NCBI RefSeq assembly: GCF_001194135.2
Contig: NC_068982.1
Location: 182,374,389 to 182,437,837, forward strand
DNA length: 63,449 nucleotides
Direction of reading: 5' to 3'
DNA from: Octopus bimaculoides
Taxonomy: Eukaryota
Below are positions 1 through 13,085 of this stretch, piece by piece (the first letter of the stretch is position 1; each line of letters starts with the position of its first letter). Below the pieces are notes generated by a model. That model saw nothing but the letters and a program-made list of their open reading frames with translations, ran no database searches and was not told the origin of the DNA. A program made the translations under genes and the position numbers.

Positions 1-58
<58 letters not shown>
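1..58. repeat. (GT)n microsatellite
   Basis: Perfect GT dinucleotide run at the window start. Confidence 0.98.
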
Positions 59-61
<3 letters not shown>

Positions 62-486
62 TGCGCGTGTCTGTGTATGTAATGCAAACATATACCTATA
101 CATGCATGTGCAGGTATATGAACGCCTGCAGATATGGAATTATGCATGTATGAAAGTATTTATATCACTCATTCATCTTTCACATTCCATTGAAATATAT
201 TTGTTTGCGTATAATATAATTATTTATATAGAAGCAAGTTTTCACATATCATCTATATATAAATATATGCGTGTGTGTATGTGTGTGTTTGAGCAAACGC
301 ATAACATAACGTATGGATGAATGTGTGCGTGTACATGTGTTTTTATGCCTGCTTTGCGTTTTGTTATCGCGCTTCCATATATGTATTAATCCATGCATGG
401 CATTATTTTCTTTATTTTGTATGTTTTGATTTATATATGTGCACACACATAAGCACGTTTGTACTTCCGTATATATGCAGGTATAT

Positions 487-590
487 CATAGTGGTTAAGA
501 AGTTGTCTGCATAATACATTACGTCCTGGTTTCATTTCACTACCTCCATGTGTAATCTTGGACAAATCTACTTACCATAGTGTTGGGACG
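487..590 (+). mobile_element. Degenerate tRNA-derived SINE head
   Basis: agtggttaagaagttg...cctggtttcatttcact...cttggacaaatctact resembles the SINE heads at 18525, 48982(-) and 55495. Confidence 0.35.
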
Positions 591-1329
591 ACTTTATTTA
601 GACACACAGATACTAAGTACGAAGACCGGAAGATGAATTGTACATATATTACTCTAGTTATCCTGCCATGCTAATTGTACTTCAGAAGTATGTGAAGGGT
701 GAACGAGTCTGTGAATATTGTACCACATCCCATACAGCAGGTTGTGTATCTTACGTAACAGCAGGACATATATAAATTATTGTAAATGTTCTTGATTAAC
801 ATATGCTTAATCTATAGACTAAACGACTGGATCTTTTTTTTTTGCGTTTTTCAAAGTTTCATAATTGACATTTAATTGAAATTTAATTTTAGTTATTCTG
901 CTCTTGCCTTATCCTTATATTTAATATTGTCTGTTTTCTGTCTCATATCTTTATGTTTTCCCTTGTGTTAATATTTCATACAGTTTTGACAGAAAATTTA
1001 CTGTCAGTATTGTTTTTTTTTATTTTCATATCGTATGTGATTTCGCTTACTACATTATTGTAACTCCATCTGTACTGTCGTTCAGGTTTATGCTATCTGC
1101 AGACTACAGTGCATAGTAACTTTCGTCACATTCGAGTATTGTCTTCATAACGGTTTTTACTAAGATATGAGTCATAACTTTAGTGTTAACTGTACGGATT
1201 TGCATTTAGCTATCTCATCTAGGTGATTTATTTGAATTCTTATTCAATTTATGCACCAGTTTATTATTTCATGTCGTTGGATTGCTAAAATGTCCCCTTG
1301 AATTTGAAACATAAGGAGCCGTTCCCATG

Positions 1330-1445
1330 TCATCTTTTCGGGGTCTATAAAATAAATACCAGTTGAACACTAGGGTTGATGTAATCGACTTACTTTCTCC
1401 CTCGAAATTGATGGACTTGTGCCAAAATTTGAATGCCAATATTAT
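1330..1445 (+). mobile_element. SINE family A, 3' half
   Basis: tcatcttttcgggtctataaaataaataccagttgaacactagggttgatgtaatcgac...ttgtgccaaaatttgaa matches the core seen at 16613-16830 and 30141-30335. Confidence 0.65.
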
Positions 1446-1832
1446 GTGTTATAATGACAGAATGTAAAGTTTTTATGTGAAACGCAGCACGTGGATATTC
1501 TTTTACGTTCTGATGATGCTATTTCATTAATGTATATAGGTTTCATCTAGGGATTCCCGCTAACATTTATTTCTTCATTAGATTGTGTTGAAGGGATAAG
1601 ATTAAGTCATTCAAAAGTTGTTGAAATCGATGTAAAGTTCCTACCATCTGGAATTAATTTTAGGTAGAAGTGGCTATATTCAACTTATGTTGCGAATTTT
1701 ATTATTTATTGTTTGTTTTTGAAACTAAAATCGCTATTGATGAGGGTAAAAAGTTTCCTCAACGTTTTCTTCATAAGACGTCGTCTACTTAACAGCGTAA
1801 TAGTTATAGTATTCTTGACAAGTATATGCACG

Positions 1833-1840
<8 letters not shown>

Positions 1841-1890
<50 letters not shown>
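1841..1890. repeat. (GT)n microsatellite
   Basis: Perfect GT run. Confidence 0.97.
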
Positions 1891-1894
<4 letters not shown>

Positions 1895-3289
1895 ATATTC
1901 TGTTTGAAAGGTATACTTATTAAGGTATCTTGGTACTAAATCAATTGAATGTAAATTCAGTTCTAGACAATTAAGCGATACAACATTGACACGGAAATAT
2001 GAATTTTCATTCATCTCAAAAGATATTATTCGTTAATAGTGTCTCCGTAGGTGATGCATATTTCTACGAATAAATTGAAATGCGTTATAACTTAAAACTT
2101 ATATGTTCTTAAATTCAGTTTCAGTGATAATTAGAACAAATCATTGTTATATATTCCTTAAATCTTCCTAAAATTGATGCCAAATGTTTTGTTGTGTACG
2201 TTTGAATAACTTTGGAAGTGTTTAAGGCTATCCACACTAATCTTCAGAATACATCGTGAAATCACTTTATTTGGTTTACTACTTTTTGTCAGAGTTAATT
2301 AGCATTTAAATCATTAACAGTATCAAATTTCTGACTAGATGGAAGTGTACTTATTGACCTTAATAAATTTCAAATGTAGTATCGATGAAATGCCGCTGGG
2401 TCATACCTACGACGTCGAGATGCAAATTTAAATGATACTAATTAATGATTATCGAGAATATTCCATTAGGAAAGCAACATATAAAGATACTGGTGACTTG
2501 GTTTCTCCCTTTACCCCTATACTGAAACAAGTAGGCAAGCGTGAACAACTGTACTTGTTAGTATTTCTTTTTAGACAGCAATAAAAACAAATGATTATAC
2601 AAATGGAAAGGAAGCTCACCTTAAATAATGATTGAGGTTTGCTTAAGATCTATTCTCACATAAGTTATTAGTTTTAATACTTTGAATGCAATTTCAGAGC
2701 TCGAATTCAAAACTAAATGCTGTATGTTTATAGACAAAACAAAGATATTTTATTTAAGTTCCATTCTAATTTATCCAACAGCATTTTGGATGTTCTCATA
2801 TTTCAGTAATGTCATATTTTGTTTCCTTTATGATAACGGAAGACATTTTGGAAACTCCCCGCTGATTACATTTTCCTAAATTACATTCTGTTACTGCTAA
2901 CATTTGCTTTGTCAGCATGATGTAACAGAGCCTTGTCCATAGAAGTTACGCTTGTAATTTTAATTTGCCGTTAAGCATTATTATTTTTATTCTTTAGTCA
3001 AGCATATCATCCTTTTCTAAAATCATACTGCACTCTCATGTTAATTATTCTGAAATAGTTGCCTTCTTTGCTTTCTGCAGAACTTCATTTTGTATTTTCT
3101 TTTTTCAAGTGAGTTCCACTGCACATTTGAGAAATTTGTAAAATTGTTTTTGAGTTCATTATCGTCGTGCTTCACTTCTGACACGATGATTGGCAGGCGA
3201 TTAAGCATGCGATTTAAGACAGGCTACCACAAAATTTTCGGAGGTTTGTGTTTTGTGTACTCATACATCTCTGGATGATATATGAAGTT

Positions 3290-5175
3290 TGTACTATATA
3301 AGATATAAAGTACGTTTATTCAGGATCGTTCTTTTGCCATACGCGTGTTATTATCTACATCCCAATGCCCCCCACTCTCACACCAATAACAAACAAGGAA
3401 TCCTACCCGCATCAATACATAAAACCCCCATCCAAGGAACCCGATACCGTCCATCCAACCAACACCCACAATCATACCACTTTTCTTACAGATCTGCATA
3501 CCCTCGCTACTCACACCAATAGAATCACTATAACTACCTACCCCTATAACTACGTACCCCACTCCAACCTCTCATACAGTCCACCCTACAAACACCCACA
3601 GACCCACCGCATTTCCCACAAAACCTTAAACCATCACATCCCATACTAACTTAGTCACTATAACTACCTATCCCTTCCCAACCTCTCCACCCAACAATAC
3701 CCCTACCCCTTCTACCAGAACTCTAATTATCACTACACTCCCTACTTCAACAACCATGTTTTAGACGGCGTGGAGAAAAACAGTCACCACCGCTAACACA
3801 GACCCATAAAAAGAAAACCAAAATAATAAATCTCTCTAATAAAACCTTTACACAAACCCAAATTAACATCGTAGCGTGAGGCGTAAAATTCACACCCTCC
3901 CCAAGAGCACCCAACCCCACTGAGATCAGTGATGACATTTCAGAATTCTACAGAAAGTTTCGTTTAACAGAAGCTTTTATAGACCTCAACAATGAGGATG
4001 ATTCAATTATTGAAAACAAAAGCAACTTCATACCTTCCAAAGGAAGAAATAAAGCATTGGACGATTTTTGCAACAACATCCAGAGTTTCCCTTTTACCCC
4101 ACCCAAAACCAAGGTCAAATCCAACTTTAATAGCAAAGTATGGAAAAACCTAAGAGACTTACAACTACTAAAGAAGCTGACAAAGGAAGTACTGTAGTCC
4201 TAATGGGCACAGATTTTTACAAACACCTAGTACTCTCCTTACAAAACGACAACTCTTTCTATGAAATTATAACTAACTATAAACAACAAAAAAACACTCA
4301 CCACCTTTATACTCCAACATGATCAAGGACTCACGGACAAAGAAAAGGATTATATCATTAATTTCAAATGCAAGCCCAGCCTCTTCTATGGCCTCCCTAA
4401 AATCCATAAAAACAAATCAATCACCGAAGCCTGCAAACTCTCCTCTGACATCTACATCAACATCAATACACGGGAAGCTTTAAAACTAAGACCCATTATA
4501 GCAGGCACCTCCTGCGAAACACACCGCTTAGGCAATTCCCTGGACATCTTTTTGAAACCATTCCTCAGTCACATCAAAACTTTCATTAGAGATGATTTTG
4601 ACATGCTCAAGTACCTCCCGAAAACAACCAACAAGGAGGCATTCTTGGTTTCTTTCGACGTGATCAACCTATATACAAACATTCCACATTAATATGGTAT
4701 TGAGGCAATTAAATTCTGGCTGGAGAAACACCCAGAAGCATTTCGCAATCGCATTAGCAAAACCTTCATTACAGAATCACTGAAGTTCATTCTGACCAAT
4801 AATTACTTCCTGTTTGCAAACACATACTATCATAAAAAATGTGGTATCGCGATGGGTACCAAAGCTGCACTAGTCCTTGCGAACCTCATAATGTTTTTTT
4901 TTTCTTTTTAATTATCACTTTATGAGATTTCACGTCAGAAATTTGGACACCTCTTCCACATCTACTTAATGGAAAACTGGAAAAGATACTTGGATGATTG
5001 TTTCATTATATGGAAGGAATCTTATGAAAAACGTCTGAAATTCAAATCCATGCTTAACAACATACATTCCAGCATTCAATTCACTATGGAATTCAGCAAA
5101 CATAATCTCCCTTTTCTTGATCACTTAATTATAAAAACACCCACCACCAAATCACAACCGACATCTACCACAATG
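3290..5175 (+). mobile_element. Penelope-like retroelement (PLE), degenerate reverse transcriptase, no GIY-YIG domain visible
   Basis: Ordered PLE RT motifs: EADKGSTVVLM (~4170-4205), LFYGLPKIHK 4381-4410, LRPII 4486-4500, SFDVINLYTNIP 4651-4686, GIAMGT 4843-4860, WKRYLDDCF 4978-5004, LPFLD 5107-5121. In-frame TAA at 4690-4692 and several frameshifts. The C/A-rich 5' part (3290-3750) is included tentatively. Confidence 0.9.
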
Positions 5176-8100
5176 GAGTGGTTTCTCTTTCTGTTCTTAA
5201 TTCCAATTCTGAATAAACCCTCTTTTTAAAGCATATTTTATTAGTCATTAACTCTTACAGTGTATTACTTCATTTCTAAGTTACTTGGATGTATTTAGAA
5301 GAACAGTCCTTGCAGCGCAATTTTGGCTAGATTGAGAATGTTGTAATAATGGTAAATAATGACTTTGAATTGAGTGAAATATTTCAATGTGTAGTTCTTC
5401 AAGCGGAATGGCTATCATCTGGCTCGATGCCTTAAATGCTTAATGTAAAGACGACATTTTTGAGTTGAGTCTTTCAACCGCTATTCTTTATTAGGTATCA
5501 TTACACTCACACTTCACAATCTAATGCTATACTAACAATGTTATTGAATATATTCTTAAGACTACAATGTAATTATTGTTACGCTCTTATGAGGAAAATA
5601 ATCAGTATACATAACATAGATTTTCTCTTGCGTCTGTTATTGTTTTTGTCGTAAATATCTATTTTATAGCTGATGGCTGCAGATATGGGAATGAAGCTTC
5701 ATTGATATATTTCTTTTCTTCCGAACGTCAGCTATTATTGTTCTATTATTCCACTGTGCGATGGCTTTGTTTTGTTTGGGTTTTTTTCCAGATCTATTTC
5801 AGTACATAAGGAGATAACATTCTTGCACTAAACATAATTTCTTTCAAAAATGGAGATAATATAAAAGATAAAGTCCAATCAAATAGTATATATTTTCAAT
5901 CTATATTTCACTAGTAGCAGCATTCTAACGCCATTATTTCAGTCTTTTCATCTTATAACCAATAGTTGCCAGCAAACTAAGAAGTATATTTATTAGATTT
6001 GTGAGAAAGTGTCTGGGTTTGGTTGAAAGTGTTATTGTGCTTACATGTGCGAAGATTTAAGTTCATCAATGTGATATATAAGAATGTATGTTGATGTGCA
6101 TTACAATATACGCATACTATGCTGGCTATAGTATACTTATATGGTTGATTTGTGACAGATTTGGAAGAAAACAGGATAAAATAAAGATGTTATATTGCGT
6201 ACACATAGGCATAAAGTTCAAATGCCGGAGGCATCAAAGTTGTATTTTATTCTTATGCAGTCGGGAAAATAAGCATTGAAAATTGTGGGCTTCTACCTGA
6301 CATTATTGTTATTTTGTTCACGATTGCCATAATCGAGGCTGACCCAACACCTTGTTGCTTATTTAAGACTAATTTTTTCTGGGTTTCTTTCGGATTTCCA
6401 TACTGAATGATGGGATTTGGAACAACTATACAACTGTATTGATACAACTGTTGCATTAACTACTTTTTGTTTGAGATTTCTATGTAGAAATCCCAGACTA
6501 ATGAATAGTTACCCCTGTGAGGATTCAAAGAACTCCAATTCGACTGTAAACCACATCTATTCATTCTATCTCGCCCTGAAAGATTCTCTACCATTTATTA
6601 CCATTGACTGATAGTAAAACTTTTTTCTAAGACTAAGCGCTGAGGATTGATCGTCTCTCTACTCTCGAAACTAACTTTATATCATTTTCTACTTTAGCTA
6701 AGCACAGACTGTAACCCAGATATAATAGCGAAGTTATTTGGCAGTGTTTTAAATAATTAAGTATGCACACAACAACATGAATCAGAAAATTAGAAACATA
6801 AGAACAATTTTAACCTGCAGATTTTAAATATTTCAGTAGGAAAAGCTAAACATCTTATTCTTCCGTATGGGTGGTTTTATGTTTAAGTGAGGGAACCAAT
6901 GCCTGTGTTTGAAAGAATACATTTAGCTGTTGATAATTCAACAATAGCTTTCTAGTGAAAACTTTGTTTTAATCCCTAAGCAAAAATCCAATAATTTACT
7001 TGTCTTTTATATTTCTATTACCTTGCGTTGCACCTCTAAATATTCTCCCTCCATATTACATCATTTATATTCTTCACGTATTGTATGTAAAATATAGTAA
7101 TTTACGTAGTGTTACTTGTATTTGTGCTATCGTTCGAACCATTGAACATGTCTTCCAAATATATATACTTACTTAATTGTACAATCACTAAGAGAAATTA
7201 CATTATAATTTTATCTATACCAAAAAAGAATAGTGAAATCAATATTATTTCATATAATGCGGTGCGCCAAAAAAGGATAATTAGAAATATTTCTGCCATA
7301 ATGCAAAGATAATGATTAATTATTCCAGCAAACAATGATAACAACGCCGAACCTTGGGCTTCTGCCATTTCATACATGTACATACAACTTCAGATATGAA
7401 ACATACCCTTCTTCATATCTTTATTGTTGTTATAGGATCAGACCTCCAAGAGAAACAATGATGAAAGACATACCGTTTATGCCGTCCACTGTTTTTCCTT
7501 GTTGCTCAGTTATATTCTCTCTCTGTTATAGAGTCGAATGTTGATTGTTTATTTATGTTTTTTTTCTTTTCTAGATTATAAAGAGACCGTTGGAGAACCC
7601 TTATTGACCTACCGAATTAATTGATTTTAATTCCTGTAATTGTACAGATTGTATATATCTATGCAGGTATTACAATATCATGGTTTGATGTACTCGACAT
7701 TACTAGAGTTAACTTTTTTTGCTTTCAGTATATCTTGCTGTGGTAGCAGTAGTTTTATAAAAGATCATAATAGAGTCATAGGTGAATAGGAAATAGGTTT
7801 AGCTGCAACTATAGATTTCTGATAATCTAACAACTTAAATATTTATGACACTAAAAATATAATTGTTTTGGTGATAAATGTTATTCGTCTTTGAAAACTC
7901 AAACCATCTGCTGCCACCTCATAGGAAAACGTATTAATTTCAACAAATCAAATAATTTCATCAATCTATTTATATGACAATCTTGAATCAACTGTCTAAA
8001 AGATTGAGTACGTGCAACTAAAACACTATAAACAAAGTAAACTACTTAATTTTCTCAGCAAACAGAACGTTTAAAAGATAGTTCAGGTTTCCATCCTCGA

Positions 8101-8589
8101 AGTAACATACGTACATATGAACGAACACATGAACATTAATACAAAAAAAAAACACTCCCCATTATTATATACGTGTGCTCTTGTGTGTATATACGTATGC
8201 ATATACGTATTTTTATTTGTCGCTGATGTTTTGTGTTTAGTTTCTGTCATCCCTTGACGACGAGGGTTTGTTCGCTTATTCTCAAGCAACGATTAAGTAA
8301 AAAGTGACGATATACATTGGTGTCGATATGTTTGAATAAACACTTCAAAGCGTTTCTGTTACTACTCGCAGTACCTTTTGCCTCTTCTTCCCCGTTTGTT
8401 TGTGTTTTACTTCTCATTCAGTTGCTCGGCATCTCTCCGACAATGCACCTCTTTTATTCACTTTCTTTGTTGCTCATATTTGTGCCCATTCATACGAGTG
8501 ATCAATCAGATGTTTTCTTAAGAGATATTTAGTTAACTGACATTGATTTTAACACAACCACCTATATTCCTACCTACATAGTTACCTAC

Positions 8590-8872
8590 CTATTTATGTA
8601 CGTTTACTTACACATGCACACACACATACACACACACATACAAACACGCATATACATGCTCGCACACAATACACACGCAAACACAAACATACAAACCAAT
8701 GCAAATGTATATAAACATCAATGTTTCATACTGAACATTGTTTGCAAGCAGTTTACTGTGGGATTTGCCGCTAATAAAATTCCTTATGGGCACGCTGGCT
8801 CTATGTATTTAAGCATATATATATATATACATATATATAGATATATATATATATAGATATATATATATATAT
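8590..8872. repeat. Compound (CA)n/(TA)n low-complexity tract
   Basis: Imperfect CA repeats followed by TA/TAGA runs. Confidence 0.85.
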
Positions 8873-11458
8873 AGGAGGGAGACGAAAAAGTGTTCGTGCA
8901 GTGTGTTCGTAAATGGACTTTTGATCAACAGTATGGCATTTAAAAGGGAAACGTTCTAAAGTATTTTTTGATAACAATTGCATGTTTTTAGATTATTGAA
9001 GATTATGCTAAGCTTGTTTAGACGATCAGTCCACTGATAATACCTAATGTATCTCTTATCCAGGGCTTGGCGCGTATCACTGAGATATAGTTTGATAATA
9101 TTATAAATTTAAAAGTCGTAAGAATTTGCGTCGTTTGATATTTCTACTGCTTTGTATATAATTATTTATTTGTTGATGTGAAAAGAAACAATTATGATTG
9201 TGTAAGGAACTATACTATATTACCTCTTGGGAAGACCGAGAGATATGATGGGAGAAGTGTATGTTTGGTGTGCAGTACTAATGCTGTGTGTGGAATACAT
9301 TTTTATACAGATTGCCAATAAGTGGAGTGTATTATAACTTTTACATGCTCGAATGTGTGTGTATGTTGAGATGTGAGAGATTACGTTCCTAAATTACTGG
9401 AAGGGGAGAATATGAGGTTTAAACATGCTATACTATGCACAAAAGTGAAAGTAGATCAGTCAGAGAACGGTGTTTACGCACGACGCAGCAACGTAGCAGT
9501 CTGTAAAATCTGTTCAGATTCAATAAAAGTGACAGGCAAGACTTTCACTGAGGTATTATACCTGTCACTGTCAAAATCTTTGCTTAATTGCCGTAGCAAA
9601 ATTGCTTTAGTATTCTAAAGAGAAGTAAATCTGCAGCCTGGTAAAGGACAGCATGTAACAGAGAGTTGTTACTAGTAAAGCCATAAAGCAACAAAACGTT
9701 TGAGAGAAAACGTTAGTGTTTGAGGATATTTTCATAAACTGTGAGATAAAGTGTGTTCTTTCAAAAAAAAGAGGACCATTGTTACATGTTGAAACAGAAC
9801 TTTATTATTAAAGGGTTTATTAAAAGTAAGTGTTGTATCTGAAAGACGTGTTGAAACATATGTTAAAGGGAGGTGACATAACTAGAGACAATGTATGTAT
9901 TAGTAATAATGTCTTAGATTAAGGGAGCTGTCCATCTTCCTATTTGGCAACTTTGTGTTTGTCGGAAAGAATTGTTTCCGGACGCATTTGAGTTTATGTT
10001 GTTTATAACCTGGAATCAATGACAGCAGATGTATCCGTAGTAGTATCGTATGTAGAGCCTTCTTGATTGCGGGACAACGATTAGAATGACAAGCGGATAT
10101 ACTAGATTATTTTATTGGCGATAGTTCGAGAAGACTGAGTTGAAATTTACAAGCTGGTGCATGGATAGTCAGTTTTCTGGTTAATAACTCTAATTGTGGT
10201 TTAACTAAAAATGTCTGAAAAGAGCGCATGGTGAATAATGAAGTCGAGTAGCTTTAGGCAAAGTTTTTCATCTTTCCGAAAGCAGTACCCTTATGAAAGA
10301 ATTTTAACTTTCTTTCATCCAATGGAGGATTAAAAAATACAAAGCAAAGTTGACAGCAGCAGCAGTTTCAGATGCCTCTATGCAAAAACGCATTAATTTC
10401 CAAAGCGAAAGGCAGCAAACGTAAGATTTAAAAAAAAAACTGACGATAACCATTATCTTAAAATCTTAAAAGTTTGGGGTAAGGATACCTCGTGCGAGAC
10501 AATTTAAAGTACGGTATTCATTGAGCTGTGATCTGAATCGATTACGGAATGACAAAGCAATAGAGTTCGTGTTCATATATGATCCCTATATGATAAATAA
10601 TTGTATATTTGTCATGAAAGCGAAGTTTGAAGAAAACTGTATAATGTGAGGCTAAAGTTTCCATAAGAATTTTATGTGATTTGTGTGGTTTAAATGCGCA
10701 GAAATACACTGAATTTTTCAACTTCTAAAATACAATAAAACAGGTATACTTATTAACTAGTCTTTATTCAAGATATTTAATTTCAGTTATATCAATGTTT
10801 TCCATAGTATCAACTAAATTCAATAACAAAAAAAGAAATCGAAAAAAGAAAATAAGCAAGATAAAAAACGAGTCTGTTTTATCGCGACATAATGGAGACA
10901 CGCTTTTAATTACTAATTTTAAAAAAATAACTTATAAGCTCTTGCACACTACAGGAAGGAATCAGATAGAATCAAACTGTCTTAATCTTAATTCAGAAAG
11001 ACTTTCAGAAAGTAACCAAACTACAATTTTTCAAGAAGTCTTTTTCCTAGATTTAAATTTTGATGCTGCTTGAGAAATTATTTTATTCCTTCCGCCCAGG
11101 GTCGATAGATTTAGCATATTATCTTGCTTTAGGCCCTATGATAACTATGGAATTTTTATGAGCACCATTGGGACATTTGGCAGGTCTCAAATATTTTAAA
11201 TGGGTCTGAACTCATCTTCCACCAGGTCTGATAGGAGACAAAATAATAACGAGTATAAGAGAGAGGTGCGGTGAGAGAGAAAGAAGAGACAAGCTCTGTA
11301 ATTGACCGGTACGTCATTTGTCGTCCGAAAATCATTATATATGATGTTCAAACGGTAAGATACATATACATATATATATATATAGCTTTAAATTGTTTCA
11401 GCCTCAAAGCTGTGGTTATGCTGGGGCGCCAGCACTGTCTGTGTTACTCCATTATATA

Positions 11459-12737
11459 CATTGGGTCATTCCATAAATAATGCGCGTTTTTTCATACATT
11501 CATTTTTCAAATTTAACATAAATGAAGATTTCTTTCATCTAAAATAAACCCTCCTTCGTTTTCTACAATGTTCTTCAACTATCAGGTAGACCTGCATGCC
11601 TCCCTACCTCTTCCACGATTCACCTGTCCGTGAGGAAAAGTACTCCTCCAGTACTGTTCTGACCTCGTCTATAGAGTTCATATTTTCCCGTCCAAATGAG
11701 TTTGAAGACTGTGGAATAAATGCTAATCAGACGAGGCAATGTTCAGTGCATATGATGGGTGGGGCATCGTTTCCCATTCAAACTACTCCAGCCTTTGAAA
11801 TGTCATCCTCGCTGTATGAGGCCGAGCATTATCCTGATGGAAGAACACCTTTCGTCTTCAAACCAAAGATGGTTGTTTTACTTCTAGCGCTGACTTAAGC
11901 CGCTCAAACTGCGCACAATAAATCTCTTTCATTATCGTTTGGTTTGGGTTTAAAAGTTCAAAGTGAACTAAACTTTTCATATCCCACCAAACAAATAATA
12001 ACATGTTACGTGGGGGAAGACCTTCTTTAGCCTGGAATGCTGGTGTTTCTCCTTTCCCTACCCACTATTTTTGGCGCTTGATATTTTTATAGAGAATCCA
12101 TTTCCCCTCACCAGTCACTGTTCGGTCTAAAAGAAGTTTATTCGTGACACATGACAGCCACGAAGAACACACAATCATTCTCTGCGCGTAATTAGACTTG
12201 GAAAGGTTGTGGAACACATTGGCCCAATTTGCTGACTCTTCCCATGGCACGCAGGTGTCGATGAATGGTTGAATGACCAAATCCAATCTTCTGTGCTAGT
12301 TCCTCAACAGTTACTATGGGATTCTGTTCCACGAGGTTTTGCAGGACGTCCTCGTCGAGCTCTTCAGATCTTCCAGGACGAGGTTTATCTTCTAGGGTGT
12401 AATTTCCGGCTCGGAATTTTCGAAACTACTGTTGGCACTGGCCTACGCTTATTGTCTGATCCCCATATACTGCATTAATATTCCTCGCATTTTCCTTTGA
12501 GTTTTTGCCTTCATGGAACTCATGAAGCAAATTATACCGAATATGCTCCTTTCTCACTTCCATTATAGCTTTGAAAAAAATAACTGCTAAAATCGAACTG
12601 CACTCTCCAAAACTGGGACTAAGAATAAGTCGAAGGTAAAATTATTACTTGCATTTATGGCAAGTTAATGCAGGTAGCTTATCCCGATCCCCATTGATTT
12701 TTAGTTCATGTAATTGAAAAAAACAACATCATTTATG
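11459..12737 (-). mobile_element. Mariner (Tc1/mariner, D,D34D type) near-full-length remnant
   Basis: Minus-strand ATG at 12563: MEVRKEHIRYNLLHEFHEGK...FRKFRAGNYTLEDKPRPGR...HSTIHRHLRAMGRVSKLG, then TVTGEGKWILY and later DNARP- and HPP-like segments. Stops and frameshifts present. TA plus TIR CATTGGGTCATTCCATAAATAATGCG at 11457-11484; partial right TIR runs into (TA)n and a gap. Confidence 0.9.
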
Positions 12738-12833
12738 ATATATATATATATATANNNNNNNNNNTATACGTACATGTATGTACTTACCTACATCTTCATG
12801 TATATATAGATGCATATTTAGGGTACAGGACGT

Positions 12834-12879
<46 letters not shown>

Positions 12880-12884
<5 letters not shown>

Positions 12885-13085
12885 CTTTTACTTGTTTCAG
12901 TTATTTCACTGCAATCATGCTGGAACACCACCTTAAAGAAGAGTTTTTAGTCGGAGGTTTCAACACCAGGACGTATTCTTTGTAAGCCTAGTACATATTT
13001 TATCGGTTATTTCTGCTGAACCGCTTGGTTACAGGAACATAAACACACCAACATCGGTTGTAAAGTGATGGTGGGTGACAAGCAC
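12880..13085 (-). mobile_element. SINE family B, reverse orientation
   Basis: tattcttttacttgtttcag...catgctggaacacc...gtaagcctagtacatattttatcgg...aaacacaccaacatcggttgt; same family as 59920-60091. Confidence 0.7.

Noticed and set aside
6253-6456. Short ORFs and an acceptor at 6260
   Set aside because: All plus-strand frames close quickly and neither strand resembles a known protein.
7198-7620. Hydrophobic minus-strand ORF and several GT/AG signals as membrane-protein exons
   Set aside because: The implied intron of about 33 nt is too short, no family is recognisable, and the composition is explained by AT-rich DNA.
9373-9618. AVCKICSDSIK as a BED zinc finger
   Set aside because: The downstream His ligands are missing and no transposase sequence follows.
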